A DNA stretch of 64,000 bases from assembly GCF_001194135.2 (NCBI RefSeq), contig NC_068988.1, forward strand, positions 69,780,815 to 69,844,814, written 5' to 3'. Below are positions 1 to 13,499 of this stretch, piece by piece. The DNA is from Octopus bimaculoides. Taxonomy: Eukaryota. Both the position numbers and the translations under genes were made by a program. The notes under the pieces were generated by a model. That model was not told where the DNA came from and did not search any database. It worked only from the letters and a program-made list of their open reading frames with translations. Position 1 is the stretch's first letter. Each line of letters opens with the position of its first letter.

Positions 1-400
1 TATAGAGAGAGAGAGAGACAGAGAGAGAGAGAGAGAAATATGCATGTATATTATGCATGTGTGTGTTTGTGCACACAAGTTTTCACCATCATGTGATATT
101 CAAATTTGAAAGTATACTTTTGCTACCAAATGTAATATCAGGAATTATGGCATACATACAATTGTTATGATTTGATTTTTATGAAATTTATTGGTTCTTA
201 TACAAAAAAAAAAATATTATTACCTTAAAATGAAATGAATTTTTCACTTTTGTAATCTTTCCCATAGCTACTCAGTCATTTACTCCCTCACTTCCTCTGC
301 CTCTATGGTTCTTTCTCTCTCACTCTCACTATGTGCTTGTGTGTATTCCTTTACTCATTGCCTGCCAGCAAACTTTGCATGTTCACTCTTCCTGCATTCC

Positions 401-539
401 TCATATTATCTTTCTCTCTTTTACTCCCTTTCCTTTTCTCTCAATACGATGTAAAGCAAAGCTGGAGAAAGCAAGTAGGCAAGCAACCAAATAACCATAC
501 ATAGTGGCAACTATTATACAGAGATAGCTGCCCTTAGTG
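401..539 (-). CDS. Candidate exon (TKGSYLCIIVATMYGYLVACLLAFSSFALH...)
   Basis: Pyrimidine-rich acceptor TTTTATTTTAAG ending at 540; hydrophobic ORF; could instead end at a GTATTG donor near 446. Confidence 0.25.
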
Positions 540-2152
540 CTTAAAATAAAAATAGATAACAGACTTATTTTACAAGACAATAGTAAGAATACTAACAATG
601 CATTAATCTTAGAAGCAATGGAGAATTCTCTCTAATATTTATTCAGAAGATATAATAGTGTCATTATGAAATTTGATTCATGTTTCTTTATGAGAAATTT
701 TATATAACATTTTATGTTGGAATATTTACATTAAAAGAAAAAAAACTTCTGTTTTAAACATTGTATGTTTAATATCAAATACAATACAGAATAAATATGC
801 AGGAAAATTATTTCATTCAAATACAAAATCTTTTTGAAGTACATATAATTTTGTATAGCTTTTGACATAACATTTTCTAATAAGAGAGGTTTGAAATATT
901 AAAAACAACCTCCAGGGAGTTACAGAAGTGTTTTTTTTTTGTTTTTTGTTTTTTTTTGAAAATACTTTAATTACAATTAGATATTAAGTACAATTCAATA
1001 TTTTATAAATAATTAGAAGCCATGCAGGTAACAAAGCTTGTTCATTATGAAAAGTGAAATTTGCTTCTAAGGGAAGTTGTTGAGTTGTCAACATTTAACC
1101 AGTTGAAAGTCAACCATTTTAAATATTGGAAGAGTATTAAATTAAAACAGTTTGCTAATATTTTTAAAGAGCTCTTATAATTATGCCAGCAATTATAGTT
1201 TTTGCCTTGCTGTTATAATGACATTGAGAAATGGAGTAAATATTTGATATTTAGAGCTATTAACAGCTATTTTACAGCAATTTTGTCTCCAAATTATTCC
1301 AATGAAAAGGAATATGAGCTACACAATGGATGTTTGCAATTTCTGTTATAAAATGTTATTTTAATGTTTTGATCCATGTTAGAATAGTTGTGAATAATTT
1401 GTTTGAAGCAACTTTTTATGTGGCCCCTCTTAATTTATATATTTACATTTTCATGTAGAATTGATCAGAAATATGATCACTGGATGCTTAACATCTTATT
1501 CTATCAGACAGAATATCTCTCAAAGATTATAGCGCTTTGGTTCATTGCTCCTTACTAGGATATTCTTCTCAGAACATGACTGGAGCTGAGGTCATTGATG
1601 TTATATCCTCATTGGCTCTTAATGCACATGCAGCAACACGATTTATCATTCAGGAGTCTCAGCGATAGTGTCTTGTTTGAAGAAAAACCTGGGAGACTCC
1701 AGTATCTGTTGAACTCAGTACAAAATTGATACTTTATTTCATCAATTTCAGAAAGACAAGTAGCAGTTAAATCATAGATTTAGACCAAGAACATAAAAAG
1801 ATAGAATAAATACCACAGCAGTTTTTGTTTGATGCTCTACTGATTCTGCCAATCAACTGTCTGTTTGTTAACATGTCAATAAACAGTGGATCCACAAGTC
1901 ATGTGTTTACAATCCTTGTATTTTCAGGAACCTTAAAGATGGCATATTGCCTTATTTTAGTCAATCAACATAGGAAAGATAAGTTTTTACTTGATCACTT
2001 AATCTGCCATAAATAAATAGCAGCTAAATCGTACTTTAAAAAAAAATTGGAAAACACATTGGATGATATACTCTAGATACACTAAGCCTTAAAAAAAGGA
2101 ATGGTGATAATCAGAATACCTTTAATCATACACCTACTCAATCAGTGTTTAC

Positions 2153-2224
2153 CTCAAGTTTAGCATCAAAAATAACAATACATTTGCTACATTAAACAAC
2201 CTACCAACACCAACAAGAACTGTG
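2153..2224 (-). CDS. Candidate 72-nt internal exon (hydrophobic peptide TVLVGVGRLFNVANVLLFLMLNL)
   Basis: AG/GT boundaries, phase 2-2, only one open frame, in phase with the candidate exon starting at 539. Confidence 0.25.
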
Positions 2225-2311
2225 CTATTTTAGCAGAAGGTAAGCTTGGAGAAATTTTTCATTTCCTTTTAAATTTCTTAATCTGTAAATATCTTTTCCA
2301 ATAACTATCTA

Positions 2312-3551
2312 CAGGGGTTGGACAAAATAATGGAAACACCTTAAAATTTCAAACAAATTTATTTTAATATGGGGTAGAACCACCTTTGGCAGTAAGTACA
2401 GCTTGAATTCTACGAGATATGGACTTGTACAAAGTCTAAATTGTTTCCAAAGGAATTTTTGTCCATTCTTCAGCTAAAACAGTCTCCAGTTCTTGTAGTG
2501 ATGATGGTGGGGGATATTGACTCCTTACTTGTTTTTCTAAAATGCACCATAAATGTGCAATAATATTGAGATCTGGGGACTGTGGTGGTCAGATAAGATG
2601 TTCAACTTCACTAGAATGTTCCTCGTACCATTCAGTAATAATTTTAGCTATGTGAATTGGTGCATTATCATCCTGAAAGGTTGTGTTTCCCTCCAGAAAC
2701 AGTTCCACAACCATAGGATGAATTTGATCAGATAAAATGCTTAAAAAGTCTTGACTATTAAATCTGCCATGAAGGGAAACCATTGGGCTGGTGGATTTCC
2801 AAGATGTAGCTCCCCAGATCATCACAGATCCTCCTCCATGCTTAACAGTTGGAAGAAGACAGTCTAGATCAAATGCTTCTTTTGGCTGTCATCACACGTA
2901 TACTTGGCTGGTGGTTGGAAATAAGGTAAAGGAAGACTTTTCCGAGAAAATAACATTCTTCCCCTGCTCTAGGAACCAATTCTGTAGGTTTTTACTCCAC
3001 TCTAAACCCTTTGCAACGTTTGTTTTTGAAAGTAGTGGTTTTCTGATTGCAGTCCTCCCATGAAATCCAGCTTTGTGTAACTCCTGGAGAACAGATTTTG
3101 TGGAAACTGGATTCTTGAGGTGGTCATTAAACTCTACAATAATTTTGGGAGCTGTACTTTTGTAAGAGTCCAATGGTTCCTATCTGAAAGTTTTGATTTT
3201 CTGGAGTTTTGTTTTGATGAGGAGGTTTTTCCTTCTTTCTCAAAGGCTGTCATTACTTTCGAGACAATACTTCTTGATACACCAAACATTTCAGCTGTTT
3301 TTATTATGCTAGCACCTGCAGCACGAGCACCAACAATTTGACCTCTTTGAAAGTCTAATAGATTTGTCATTTTAATGAATTTTAATTAGCTTTTTCTGAT
3401 GATATCAGAAAAGAAACAGCAATTTTAGCAAAACATATTAAGCAACACTAATAATAAATCAAAAGACATAAAAATAAACAAGCTTTTGACGATTATATAG
3501 ATATTTCACAATTATGATACTAAGTGTTTCCATTATTTTGTCCAACCCCTG
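2312..3551 (-). mobile_element. Full-length Tc1-family DNA transposon (decayed), 1240 bp
   Basis: Perfect 28-bp TIRs CAGGGGTTGGACAAAATAATGGAAACAC at 2312-2339 and 3524-3551; TA on both flanks (2310-11, 3552-53); transposase remnants inside. Confidence 0.95.
2364..3370 (-). pseudogene. Tc1 (DD34E-type) transposase pseudogene
   Basis: Broken frames give FQRGQIVGAR (HTH), GFHGRTAIRKPLLSK, VIFSEKSSF, FQDDNAPIH, PPQSPDLNIIAHLW, RRIQAVLTAKGGSTPY*; frameshifts, stops and altered catalytic residues. Confidence 0.92.
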
Positions 3552-4149
3552 TATACATTCACATAGTCCAAAGACATGGTAAATAGCAGTAATAAAATAC
3601 TTCACTGAGGAGATCTAATTAGACTGAAATATCGTCAGAATTATCAGTGTACTCATCAAGCACCGGGCCACTTTTTGCTGCATGTCACTATTTAATTAGT
3701 AATAAATTTGGTTTTACAAGTTATCTCATGTCTTTTTTGACAAGCTTTATCATTAACACTAATGATATTTGTTAGCATTAAAGGTATAATTTGAATTGAT
3801 TAGAACATTTTATATTTAGCTCATTAGTTCAGTATGGCATATGGCAGTTAACTATTCACCCCAACATTGACTAAATATAATAATAAACTAACTAGAAATT
3901 TACCCATTTCATCCTTTAACTAATTCTAAATTGACCAGGTAATCCAATGTTCAAATTGAAAGGAATTGACTGAGGTTAGACACAGACTAATACTATTAAA
4001 TTTTAGAGAATGTCCAAAAATAGTGTCTATCAATCTATTTTTCTATCTGAATTTGCACATGTGCACACACACACACACACACACACTATTATCTTCATTT
4101 TTACGTTCACTTTACTATGCCTGTATGAGCTAGATGAGCCCTTTGCAAC

Positions 4150-4500
4150 ACAGCATCTCACCATTTATTACCTTTATTTGTGATCTTTATCAAATTCAAC
4201 ATCTTGACATCAGCTTTTATTTCTTGTGCCCATGTCTTTCTTGATAATCTTCCTCTTTCACAGCTTCCTAGTACCTCTTTATTCAAGTTATCCTTCATAC
4301 ACATTAGATGTCAATACCAGCACAGCTTTGTCTTTTGCTCACTACATTTGATTTCTGCTGTATTTACTTTTCTCTCAGCTAATCTATACCATGTTACTCA
4401 TGTATACATTACACATCCAGCTCCAATTTATCCTCTGCATTCAATGCCCATATCTCCCTACTATGGAACATCATATAAGCAATGTACAATCTATGCATTG
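4150..4500 (-). mobile_element. Decayed RTE-type LINE 3' coding fragment
   Basis: Minus-strand translation resembles the RTE C-terminus (LCWY.HLM...GSCERGRLSRKTWAQEIKADVKMLNL). Confidence 0.55.
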
Positions 4501-6289
4501 TGTAATCATTCAAATTGCTAAAAATAACAGACACATGCCTCTCAAATCTCACCCTACTATCTAAAGAAGTATCAGATAACATAGCCTTTCATAGTCCTCA
4601 GGAGACAAGATGGTTGTGGGTTTGTTCGATCAGGAATGACCTGGAATTTAACAACATTACATCACAGTATACCATAATAGACACCAAGTCTCAGAAATAC
4701 AGAAAGATAGGACAGTCATGAATGGATTGCCTTTGACACTGTTTCATATATATTATTATAACATGGGTAGTATGTTTAACTACCTTTGATTTTTTTGGTA
4801 ATTCCACTGTCATGATTTCTGGCATTGACATGGGCACACAAATTTTCAAAACTTAATGTAATTAACATTGAGCATTTGGGACACAGTAGCAAAATTGTAA
4901 AAGTAAGAAAATTGAATTTATTCTTAGACAGCTGCTATGATTTATTTAGACAAAAGTGGGAGTATCTGAGCGTTTGATGCAATTTTCCTCTTGGAAAATA
5001 GAAATAACTTCTTCCTGCTATATACATCACTGATAATGGTTCTGTATTTTCCTTTTTGGTTTATTTATAGAAAGGGAATTATTTTAAAACTTATTGCTCT
5101 AACAATATCTAAATAATCAACTTTGATAAAACTGTTTAAAAACTGAGCCAGTAAAGGAGCCTAGATGCCTAACCTGCTAGAAATAGTAACCAAAGCTGAC
5201 ACACAATTACCTTAAAATATTACACATTTGATGACATAGACTAGGGTATATTATGCCTTAAAACTAAAAGACATAATGACTGTAATTTTGATCAACGAAC
5301 AATCAGAGCTAATTTAAGGTCGAACAACACCAGCCTTATCAATGAGAACACGATAAATGGATACACAATTGTAATAACAGTGGTGCTCCAACATGGCTAT
5401 AGCTCAATGACAGAAACTGTAGTAAAAGAATACACTTTGTGTCTGTGTGAGTAAATGTAAGAAAATTATGTATTTGTTGTTTATATGAGGAATACAATAT
5501 ATTATCCTTAACCAATACCTAGGGATCCTTTACAGAAAACTAAGGGATGAAGGGTTGTAGTAAATTTAGATGAATCAATGTTGTGTATTGCAAGAATATA
5601 TGAAAGGACAAAAAATTACAAATTATAGGTAGCCTCTTAGACAAGAAACATGACTATTGTTGTCCAGCATCTAAATCTAAAATCATGTCTATATTAATAT
5701 ATATTATGTAAAATTCTATTAAAGTATCAGATGTGTCAAAATATTCCAGTTTACTATAATTTTAGAAAATCAAAATAAATGTTAAAAGATTAAAAAGAAA
5801 CAGTAACAAGACCAAAAGTTGCCATATTGCACATTAATATTTTAAGTTTGTGCATAATCAGAAACATTCATCATTATATTTCAATTAAAATTGGTTTATA
5901 TTCACATATTTGCCATTCATGGTCATTCATAAAAACTAAGTTATTCATTCTTGTTCATTAATATTTCATAAATAACTATTTTTATTCATACTCTTACAAA
6001 TAAATCAAAAATTTTATTTCATGGAAACTATGTTTTTTGAGAAATGTTTTGTACATAAAATTTCACAAGAATATTTTATTAAAATTAATAGTGCTAACCA
6101 TGTTTTCAAATTTGGCTAATTGGAACGAACATGAAGAAATACATGTACAATCATAACAAAACGATATAATCAAAAACACAAGTAATATTCTATACTAGTA
6201 ACCAATATTCTCAGAATAATTTTATTACAACTACTACAAAACAATCTAAACTTATCTACTAAATGCTATCGTTCCTTGTCTTTATCACC

Positions 6290-6500
6290 CATCATCATTC
6301 ATTGTTCATGTTTCATGCTGGTATGGGTTGGAAAGTTTAACAGGATCCAATGGGTTCAAGAACTGCATTGTGCTTTAATGTCTACTTTGGCATGGTTTCT
6401 ATGGCTAGATAACTTTCCTAATTCCCCTTTACAGTGTCTACTGGGTACCTTTTATCATGCCACCAGCACTAATGAAGTTACCATCCAGCTGGCATGAATA
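6290..6500 (-). mobile_element. RTE 3'-UTR-type short repeat (CCCATGCTAGCATGGAA...(GAT)n family)
   Basis: Same terminal motif as copies at 12605-12830, 36095-36160, 41560-41760 and 61680-61855. Confidence 0.55.
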
Positions 6501-7537
6501 TAAATCCTGAGAGAAGTGGCTTTATGTAGAAGATGAGGGGTTAAATTATGAGAGAAGAGGCCAAATCAGAACAGATTTCTTGCTGTAGAAGAGCTTCATG
6601 GTTGTTCTCATTGCACAAGAGGTTGATTGAGATGGAACTGGCAAGAGAATAAAATATTGGCTTTGAGATGTGTGTGTGTGTATTCAGAAGTCAAAACACA
6701 TATAGTAATAAACAAACAGAAAACAGACACAGAAGGTCACCAACACTTCATCCGTTATTGCCCAGGATGTCAAACACGATTTCATGCCATTATCGATATA
6801 TATATATATATATCCAGGGTGATTCAGGAGTCTTACTAGGATTAAAATGATATTTAGAATTAAAACCCTGGAGGCTTTTGAACTGCCCTCAATTTAAGGA
6901 TAGATCTTCCTGTCCAGAATGACTTTTGAGCACTCAAAGATAAAAGCATCTGATAAAAGCTAAATTGAAATAGGACTGATAAAAAGTTGATAAAATTGGT
7001 GGAAATTGCATAAAATCAAAAAATTCAATAAAGTTAAATTAGGGTGGCTGACAAACACCTCTTGTGAAGTGGGGTCTCACATTTTGAGTTGTGAGTGATG
7101 TTACACTGTTATACTTTCTGTGCTTTTCTATGAACTACAGTTCTAGTTGTAGATCTGCAGCAGAGCTGATAGGTTTGACAAACATGGTGAATTGGTAATA
7201 TAAAGGCCTTCACTTCAGAGTGGGGTAAGGGTTTTGCTCTTATTTCCATGTTTTTCATTTTCAAAATTGGGAGACCCCTGAAAACACTTGTTTTGCCAGG
7301 TTTGATAACTGAATGGCAAATGTTTCAAAGAATAGGAGTCAAAATTGCATTTGCCTCAGATTTTCCTCTATCTTGTCACTGAAGTACAACAGAGCCCTTC
7401 CAACATAAGGGGCAGAGCATTTAGAAGATGAACATAAAGAAACATTTCAGGAATTCCAACATCTTTCATAGGAATGACATGCTTACCCACTGCATTTGTG
7501 CCGGTAACATGAATTTTTCAATTCCAGTTATCTTTCA

Positions 7538-7897
7538 TCTTTTACTTGTTTCAGTCATTAATCTGTGGACATGTTGGGGCACGACCTTGAAGAATTTTCA
7601 GTCGAATTAATCAGCCCCAGTACATTTTTTTTAAAGCCTGCTAGTTATCCTGCTATGTTACAGGAACATAAACACACCAACACTGGTTGTCAAGCAGTGG
7701 TGGGGGACAAAGATTCACACACATACACACACAAATACGATGAGCTTCTTTCAATTTCTGCCAACTAAATCCATTCACAAGGCTTTGGTTGCCCTCAGTC
7801 TATAGCAGAAGACACTTGGCCAAGGTACCACACAGTGGGACTGAACCCAGAACTTTGTGTTTGGGAAGCAATCTTCTTACCACACAGCCACCCCTGC
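7538..7897 (-). mobile_element. tRNA-derived SINE, family A
   Basis: Head GGCTGTGTGGTAAG...GGTTCAGTCCC (A/B boxes), central TTGGCCAAGTGTCTTCTGCTATAG, internal (TG)n, tail GACTGAAACAAGTAAAAGA; matches more than 10 other copies in the window. Confidence 0.85.
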
Positions 7898-8421
7898 TCC
7901 TATTGTTGTTATACTTTTCAAGAATATTGTTATTTGGTATCTGATCATTCCATGAAATGTTACATGCTGAATGCAAACAGCTCATGGAAAATGCATTTAG
8001 AGAGCTGATTTCATTCCTGTATTCTGTCTATCTTCCATCTTCATAAAATAATATTGAGATAACTACACTACAATAAACTCGAATATTTATATTAAGTGAC
8101 ACAGCATGACTTTTCCAGCAACACTCAGATAATTTTCTAAAAGCAATGCTGGCTTTTCTAAGACACCATGATTTCACCATCAAGTCTAGCATTCAAGGCT
8201 ACTATAGAACCAAGGAAGCAAAATAAACTGATGATATATAAATGGGTTATTGATTTTTATGATAGAGCTTGATTGTTATACATTTGAGTTCAGTTTTTGT
8301 GATAAGATTAAGAGCAAAAGCCTTGTCTACTTTGGAAATTTTGTTCATAAGATCTTGCATCAGTTCCAAAGAATGATCTGTGATTGCACAAATGATCTGC
8401 AAGAAGTAGTTCATATATTGT

Positions 8422-8826
8422 GCAGATGGAACTGTGTGGTAAGAAGCTTTATGTTTGTCTGTCTTTATTTGTCCCCTCTATGTAACGCCGTATGGCGAAT
8501 GTTTATGAAATAAAGAAGCTTGCTTCCCAACCACATGGTTCTGGGTTCAGTCCAATTGTGTGGCACCTTAGGCAAGTGTCTTCTACCATAGCCTCAGGGT
8601 GACCAAAGCCTTGTGCGTAGACTTGGTAGATGGAAACTGAAAGAAACCTGTCATGTGTGTGTGCACCTTTGTGTTTGCGCTTGTCCTCCACCACCACTTG
8701 ACAGCCAATGTTGGTGCGTTTAAGTCCCTGTAACTTAGCAGTTTGACAAAAGATCTGATAGAATCAGTACCAGGCTTCAAGACAGTGCCCCAGCATGGTC
8801 ACAGTCATCTGACTGAAGCACGTAAA
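8422..8826 (+). mobile_element. tRNA-derived SINE, family A
   Basis: Alignment by eye to the family A copies at 9071-9480 and 33608-33990. Confidence 0.8.
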
Positions 8827-9070
8827 GGAAGATATAAATTCATGCTTAGTTTTAATATCTATATTGGACCACAGTGCATTGAACAGATTTGTACTGGAAC
8901 AAAACAGAACATTTACACTAGCATTGCAGTCATCAACTCCATATTTAACATCATAACAGAGCTTCGTTATTTCTATTTGAAACATGAAAGGACCAAAACA
9001 TTGACAGTCAGAAATTAGTTGCTGTCAGAAAGTCATGAAAAGAGAAAGTGACAGTTTTTGTGTGTAATAC

Positions 9071-9480
9071 TCTCTCTTTTACTCTTTTAATTGTTTCAGT
9101 CATTTGACTGTGGCCATGCTGAAGCACCGCCTTTAGTCGAGCAAATCGCCCCCAGGACTTATTCTTTGGAAGCCTAGTACTTATTCTATCGGTCTCTTTT
9201 GCTGAACCGCTAAGTTACAGGACCTAAACACACCAGCATTGGTTGTCAAGCGCTGTTGTGGGGGGACAAGCACAGACACACAAACACCCACACACACATA
9301 TATACATACACATGTGTATATGACGGGTTTCTTTCAGTTTCCGTCTACCAAATTCACTCACAAGGCTTTGGTCGGCCCGAGGCTATAGTAGAAGACACTT
9401 GCCCAAGGTGCCACGCAGTGGGACTGAACCCTGAACCATGTGGTTCGTAAACAAGCTACTTACCACACAGCCACTTGCGC
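9071..9480 (-). mobile_element. tRNA-derived SINE, family A (young, CpG-rich copy)
   Basis: Complete head, central domain, (TG)n and (AAAAGAGT)-type tail; nearly identical to 33608-33990. Confidence 0.9.
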
Positions 9481-10204
9481 ATTTTTGGTTGAACATTTTA
9501 TATGAACCTCCCTAGACACAACATTAAATGCTTTTATCAAATCTATAAAGACTGGATAATTCCTTGTGATGCTCTCTAGCTTCCTTCTAAACTTGCCTTA
9601 ATACAAAGATCTTATTGTCTGTGCTTTGTCTAGTTTAAATTCCACACCAGTAACTTACTAAGATATAATTTGTGAACCAGATGTGTTTTGATACTATATA
9701 AAATAACATGAGCAAGGGTTATTCTAGTAACTGAGAGGAACATTATTCCATAGTGATAATCACAAGCTTATGAATTTTGCCCTTGTTTTTATATAGAGGA
9801 GCAATGGAAGCAGCCTTATACTGTTGGGGATCCAAACAACAATTTTGTAGAAGAGTTTAGTGAGAGATTTTAACAGTTGTACATCCATGAAATTTATAAA
9901 TCTCAGAAGGCTTTTTATCTTGGCTTGATGCTTTACCATCTTTGCTGAATGATTTGAGGTTTATTTTTTTATAACAGTTGGGTTCCCACCTAGTTCTTTG
10001 GATATAGGTCCTGATTTAAAAGTAATTTTCTGTGAGCCTGGTGTCATTAACTTTGGCAAGTTGATATTGTAAGATGATAAAAACTGAACAACTAAAATTG
10101 CTTTTCTTTCTGTACTTTTTTTTATTATCCTGAAAAGTGTATATATTCCTGAGCAAAATTTAAAGTTATTCTAACACTGATTGTCACTACTGCAAAGTGA
10201 ATGA

Positions 10205-10527
10205 CCATGGATAGTAAAGCCCTCCTTCGGTCATGAATGACCATGGGATTGCACCGAGAAAGTTTCCTTGCAATGCACAATTCCAGGTAAGGTTGTTTAT
10301 GGAAGACCAGCAGTTGTCCATGCATACCAGTCTCCCTTCTCCATGCCATTGGTGTTATACAAGGGAAAATATTGGCACCAGTGATGTTCCAACCCATTTC
10401 TACAGCTAAGTGAACTGGAGCTATGTGAAATAAAGTGTCTTACTCAAGAACACAACCCAGTCCAGAAATCGAACTCACAACCTCATGAAAGTAAGCTTGA
10501 CACTCAAACTACTGAGCCATGGGCCTT
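10205..10527 (-). mobile_element. tRNA-derived SINE with CORE-like central domain (family C)
   Basis: Head TGGCTCAGTAG...GAGTTCGATTTC; central TTGAGTAAGACACTTTATTTCACATAGCTCCAGTTCACTTAGCTG, shared with 31355-31670. Confidence 0.7.
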
Positions 10528-12604
10528 CATTTCCCATGGTTATGGCTACTGACAGGAATAACTGAGCAAACTTTATTGTAGGGATTTTTATTACCCTACC
10601 CCTAGGTAATTATGGAAAGCAGTTTTAACTTAACAGGTCTGCTTTGCTACTGATAGAAAACTTGAATTGTGCATTTGTTCCCACTTATGCACAAAATGGT
10701 GATCATTCACAGTTGCATTTGTACAAATCCCAGACTAGGAATCTCCAGAAAAATCCTTTGCCTGCTCTACTTGCTTTGAAGGGAAATTTGATGTGGTTTT
10801 GATTCTGATCAGAATGTCAGGTGCATTTCCCCTCTAAAAACTTTTCTCTATTACATATCAATTAATCCATTGTCTATTTTCATTTAAACCATTTCAGTTG
10901 TGGTATAAATGTGATATTTTAATACATTTAATGACTTATTTTACCATACAATGGTACCAGGAGGTTGATGGCGAAAATTTATAGACTATATCTCTGATAC
11001 TTTTAATATGACTAACACAGTTACGAATTATTGACTATATTTTTGTTATTCCTACTTTCAGTTTGAATAAAAATGGCCAGGAATTGTTAGCAATATTCCT
11101 ATTCCTTTTAGTGTAACTAAAATGTTTTAGTCTATTTCTCTACTTTGGTTACTAGATTTTCTTTTTATAAATATTGAAATTTCCAAAAGCTTATTCCTGT
11201 TTTTGTATTTGTATTTATGATTTGATAAAAATAATGGGCAAGAATCCTAAAAGAACAGTGTCTATTTTGGCAATCTGACAATATTTACCCCATCCACCCT
11301 ACCAGTTGCATATAATTTTGCTAATGCATATAGCTTTCTAAGAAATGTACTAAGATGGGGGATAAAGAAATTTCTCAATCCAAATTCTATAAAATCTTCT
11401 TTATATTTGACATTTGCCTTTCTGTATGCGTTCCTACAGATATTTCAGTGTAGTGTGTGTGTGTGTGTGTGTTTGTATGAAGCAAATCTATCATATTCCG
11501 AGGAAAATTTAAGCTCAGTTTAAGAGCATTAAGCTTATTTACGCCAGAGATACTGTTTCTGTGAATCATGACCAAAAAGACAAGCTGCTGTCAGCTTCTG
11601 AAATTAGTTTTCTTCACAAGTTTAGATTCTACATTCTTCTCCCTTTCATTCTAGTTTCTATATTCTATTATATCATAAGATGTCAAATTTTACTTACATC
11701 GAACACAAATGTCAGCTATCATTAACAGTGTGTTACTTTCTCTGATAACCTATGCTTTACTTGGCTAAACATCATTCAACAATTTAGCTATACAAAGGAA
11801 AGAGTAAATTGATGAAAAATTATTAAAAAAAAAACAATACATCTGCTTGCTGAAATTCTACACAATCATTTCTTTCTTTTCTCTTTCTATAAGTGATTAT
11901 GAGATGAAAAATGAAACGCTTATTTCCCTTTTTTTTTATTCTCTTGATTGCTTTTTGTGAGGGGATGATAATGCATTTTTTAAAAATAGTCTTGACAATA
12001 AGCTGGCATATTATTTGCAAACAGACATGTATTAAATTATGTAGGTGCAAAGTATAAATGTTCTGAGTGATATTCAGTGATATGTTATTCATTACATGTA
12101 ACATTATGTATCAGATCCACTACTCACACTAATAGGAATTCTCAAAAAATATCAAAAATAAATTCATGGAATATAAAAGCATTTCAATGAAAACCTAAGA
12201 TGTTATTTAGATGTTTCAACATTTTGACTATTCTTCTTCTTTAAGTACTATACCAATAGGGATAGTAGACATAATCATAACCACCTGACCACATGACCAC
12301 CTGACCCTATAGTATCTTCTATAGATTCTACTCCATTTGGAACAGGTCTCCTGCATGTAATTCCTTCCTCCATTACTGCTCCAGTCTCAAAGGTCATAGA
12401 AGCTATCCTTCCTCTGATATCTATGCCATTAAGTAAAAGGTTTAACTTTAGAGTGAGCACAGCTATAGAGGTGACTATGGAAAAAAGACAGGAAGAGTTA
12501 TAATGCCATATTAGAGGAATGTATTGAGTAGAAATAAGATCTACAAGGTGAAAAAAGGAGTTGAGAATGATTGACAGTGAATGAGCTCATTTATTCTTTC
12601 TTTA

Positions 12605-13290
12605 TCATTATCATTGTTGTTTGGTAACTGTTTTCCCTGCTGGCATGGGTTAGATGGTTTGACTGGAACTGTTAAGCCAGACAGCTGGACCAGGCTCCAG
12701 TCTGGTCTGGCTTGATTTCTATGTTTCCAACTACTCCACAAACTGTACAGGGTGCCTTTTACATGTCACTGACACTGGCCATGACTATGATTTCACTTAG
12801 TTTGACATGTCTTCTCAAGCACAGCAAATTACCAAAGGTCTTGGTCATTTGTCATGACCTCCATGAGACTCAACTTCCAAAGATCAGTTTCCACCACCCT
12901 ATCCCACATCTTCCTAGATCTGCCTCTCCACAGATTCTCTCGACAGTTAGAGGTTAGCACTTCTTTACACAACTGTCCTTGTACATTTGTACCAAATGGC
13001 CATACTAGCACAGTCTTCTCTCTTGGACACTTCTTCTGATGCTGCATACACATAATTTTTCTCTGAAGACACATTGCGTCATACATGCACACTGACATTG
13101 CAAATCCAGTGGAGTATACTGGCTTCATACCTTTCAAGCCTTCACATGTCCTCAGCTGTCACAGCCCATGTTTTGCTGCCATGTAGCATGGCTATTTGCA
13201 CACAGGCATCATACAATCTGTCTTTCACTCTGAGGGAGAGGCCCTTTGTTACTAATAAGGGTAGCAGGTCTCTGAACTTTGCCCAGCCTG
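12605..13290 (-). mobile_element. 5'-truncated RTE-type LINE (C-terminus plus 3' UTR)
   Basis: GWAKFRDLLPLLVTKGLSLRVKDRLYDACVQIAMLHGSKTWAVT...RGRSRKMWDRVVETDL...DQDLW, followed by the CCCATGCCAGCA...(GAT)n terminus. Confidence 0.8.
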
Positions 13291-13499
13291 TTTTATATGA
13301 TGATCATCATCATCATGATGACACACATGCGCACACACGCACACACACACACACATTGGGTGTTAGAGCAAAATCTGACAATTTCCATAAAAGAAAAAGA
13401 AAACAGTATTTGAAAAATATAGTTCTATACTTAGGAGATGTGGAATTATGTAGATTATTTACATTTGATGGATATTTGTCCTTATCTTGTTTTTTTGTT

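Larger units (their letters stand above)
7110..10090 (-). mobile_element. Old RTE-clade LINE (reverse transcriptase to C-terminus), split by SINE insertions
   Basis: Colinear RTE motifs across frames: IAPLYKNKG, IFVLRQ..EAREHHKEL..FIDLIKAFNVVSRE, ELLLADH.CA...LELMQDLMNK, FCFLGS, AFSMSCLHSACNISWNDQIPNNNIL, QW..HVIPMKD..IPEMFLY. Confidence 0.8.
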
